A DNA stretch of 64,000 bases from Octopus vulgaris. Lineage: Eukaryota. Below are positions 62,876 through 64,000 of the stretch, piece after piece (position 1 is the first letter of the stretch; the number at the start of each line of letters is the position of its first letter). The notes beneath the pieces are model-generated. The model had not been told where the DNA came from, did not search any database, and saw nothing but the letters and a program-made list of their open reading frames with translations. A program made the position numbers and the translations under genes. The stretch spans positions 17,236,001 to 17,300,000 of the forward strand of contig OX597830.1 in assembly GCA_951406725.2 (NCBI GenBank). The letters run 5' to 3'.

Positions 62876-63291
62876 GGATCTTTTCGGTTTGAACGGCAGT
62901 TTTTTCTAGCGGTGTCATATGAAATTGTCACCCATAATTATGACCCTAGTATCGATCTATTGCATTTCAATCTCTTTTAGGGTTAGGGTTAGGGTGGGAG
63001 GAAGGGTATCTTTTTTTCTTCAGAAATGTAAATAAACCCAATCTGTTTCTTAAACGAGGGACATATTCATACGGCACAGAATGTTGTTTACCTCAATGGA
63101 CGTCAGTGATTGGTTGAAATTGCAGAAATTGAAGAAATTAAAGACCGAATATCTTACAAACTATAGAATTTTCTCAATAAAGCCAAGAGAAAAAGATGTT
63201 TTAGAAACACATTCTACCAGTATACGAAGTTTAAAAGTGTTTAGTTACCTAGAAATTATATTAAAAACTGCCGTTCAAACCGAAAAGATCC
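62876..63291. mobile_element. Merlin-like MITE copy 4
   Basis: Same TIRs and body; flanks tctatttc and cgtaccat do not form a TSD. Confidence 0.78.
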
Positions 63292-64000
63292 CGTACCATT
63301 TATGTAAATATTTATTTGAGATTATTCAACGCTGACATAAAGGATAAATAGTTGTCGCCCAATACGTTATCTCGAGACACACCACGTTTTATCTTCGTTT
63401 TATTTTATGTTCTCTAACTGTTCCTTTACGAATTTTTTGGCTTAGTTTAAATGCGATGAGCCATTCTTTCTCCAACTCATTAAAAAAAAAATTAAAACTT
63501 TATGTTCCACTGTGTTAAAAACTTCGGAGATCAAGTTTGACCGTTCCTGCAAATAAACTCTTCTCATTGTTGTTTTAAGGGATTAATAAAATTGCTTATT
63601 AATGGTTCGGGCGAAATGTTCATGTTTGAAATTTAATCGGAAGTTAAATAATAGGTTACATTTTTATATTAAAATATCTGGTTATATTGCATTTTCTAAT
63701 ATTTTTGATATTATACTTAATAAGTCTAATCTTGTTGGTAGTCCAAAGTAAATGTTCATTTAATTTATTATATATTGCGTAAAAACACTGGTTTATTAGA
63801 TACAGAATTATTATTTACAAAGCATGTACAAAACCATTTTGAAATTTGATTGCTACTTCATCTATTATAAAATTTAACTTTTTAATCAAATTTTTATTTA
63901 TTGCGAAAATAAATATAAATTGTTCGCCTTTTTTTCATTGAAATAGCTAATAATTTTACAGATCTTGTGTAAAATTTTAAGTAGACTTTGTTAATCCCAC

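Noticed and set aside
62976-62996. (TTAGGG)n as an interstitial telomere or fusion scar
   Set aside because: It is an internal part of the Merlin-like MITE and is present in all four copies.

Overview
AT-rich, repeat-dense animal genomic DNA. The SINE and microsatellite content suggests a cephalopod (Octopus-like); this is inference. One protein-coding gene is supported: a + strand USP1-like deubiquitinase with 9 coding exons (11267-38428). All introns are GT-AG with consistent phases, giving about 1130 aa with Cys box, QHDAQE box, zinc ribbon and His/Asp boxes. Nearly all other ORFs in the track are translations of repeats. The rest is mobile DNA: several SINE families, RTE, R4/Dong and Penelope-like remnants, Helitrons, and Merlin-, hAT-, Tc1/mariner- and piggyBac-type MITEs. 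Main hunt results: (i) a set of minimal type-I hammerhead-ribozyme-like motifs in fold-back elements, including a pair whose core positions 3 and 8 co-vary (G3:C8 vs A3:U8); (ii) a Cys-box Gly-to-Asp codon split by an intron that one A-to-I edit would restore; (iii) locally templated inverted insertions, one pairing exon 3 with its downstream intron; (iv) a hairpin-rich region 3' of the stop codon; (v) a 17 x 8-aa repeat and a retained GG-Q autocleavage-like site in USP1.
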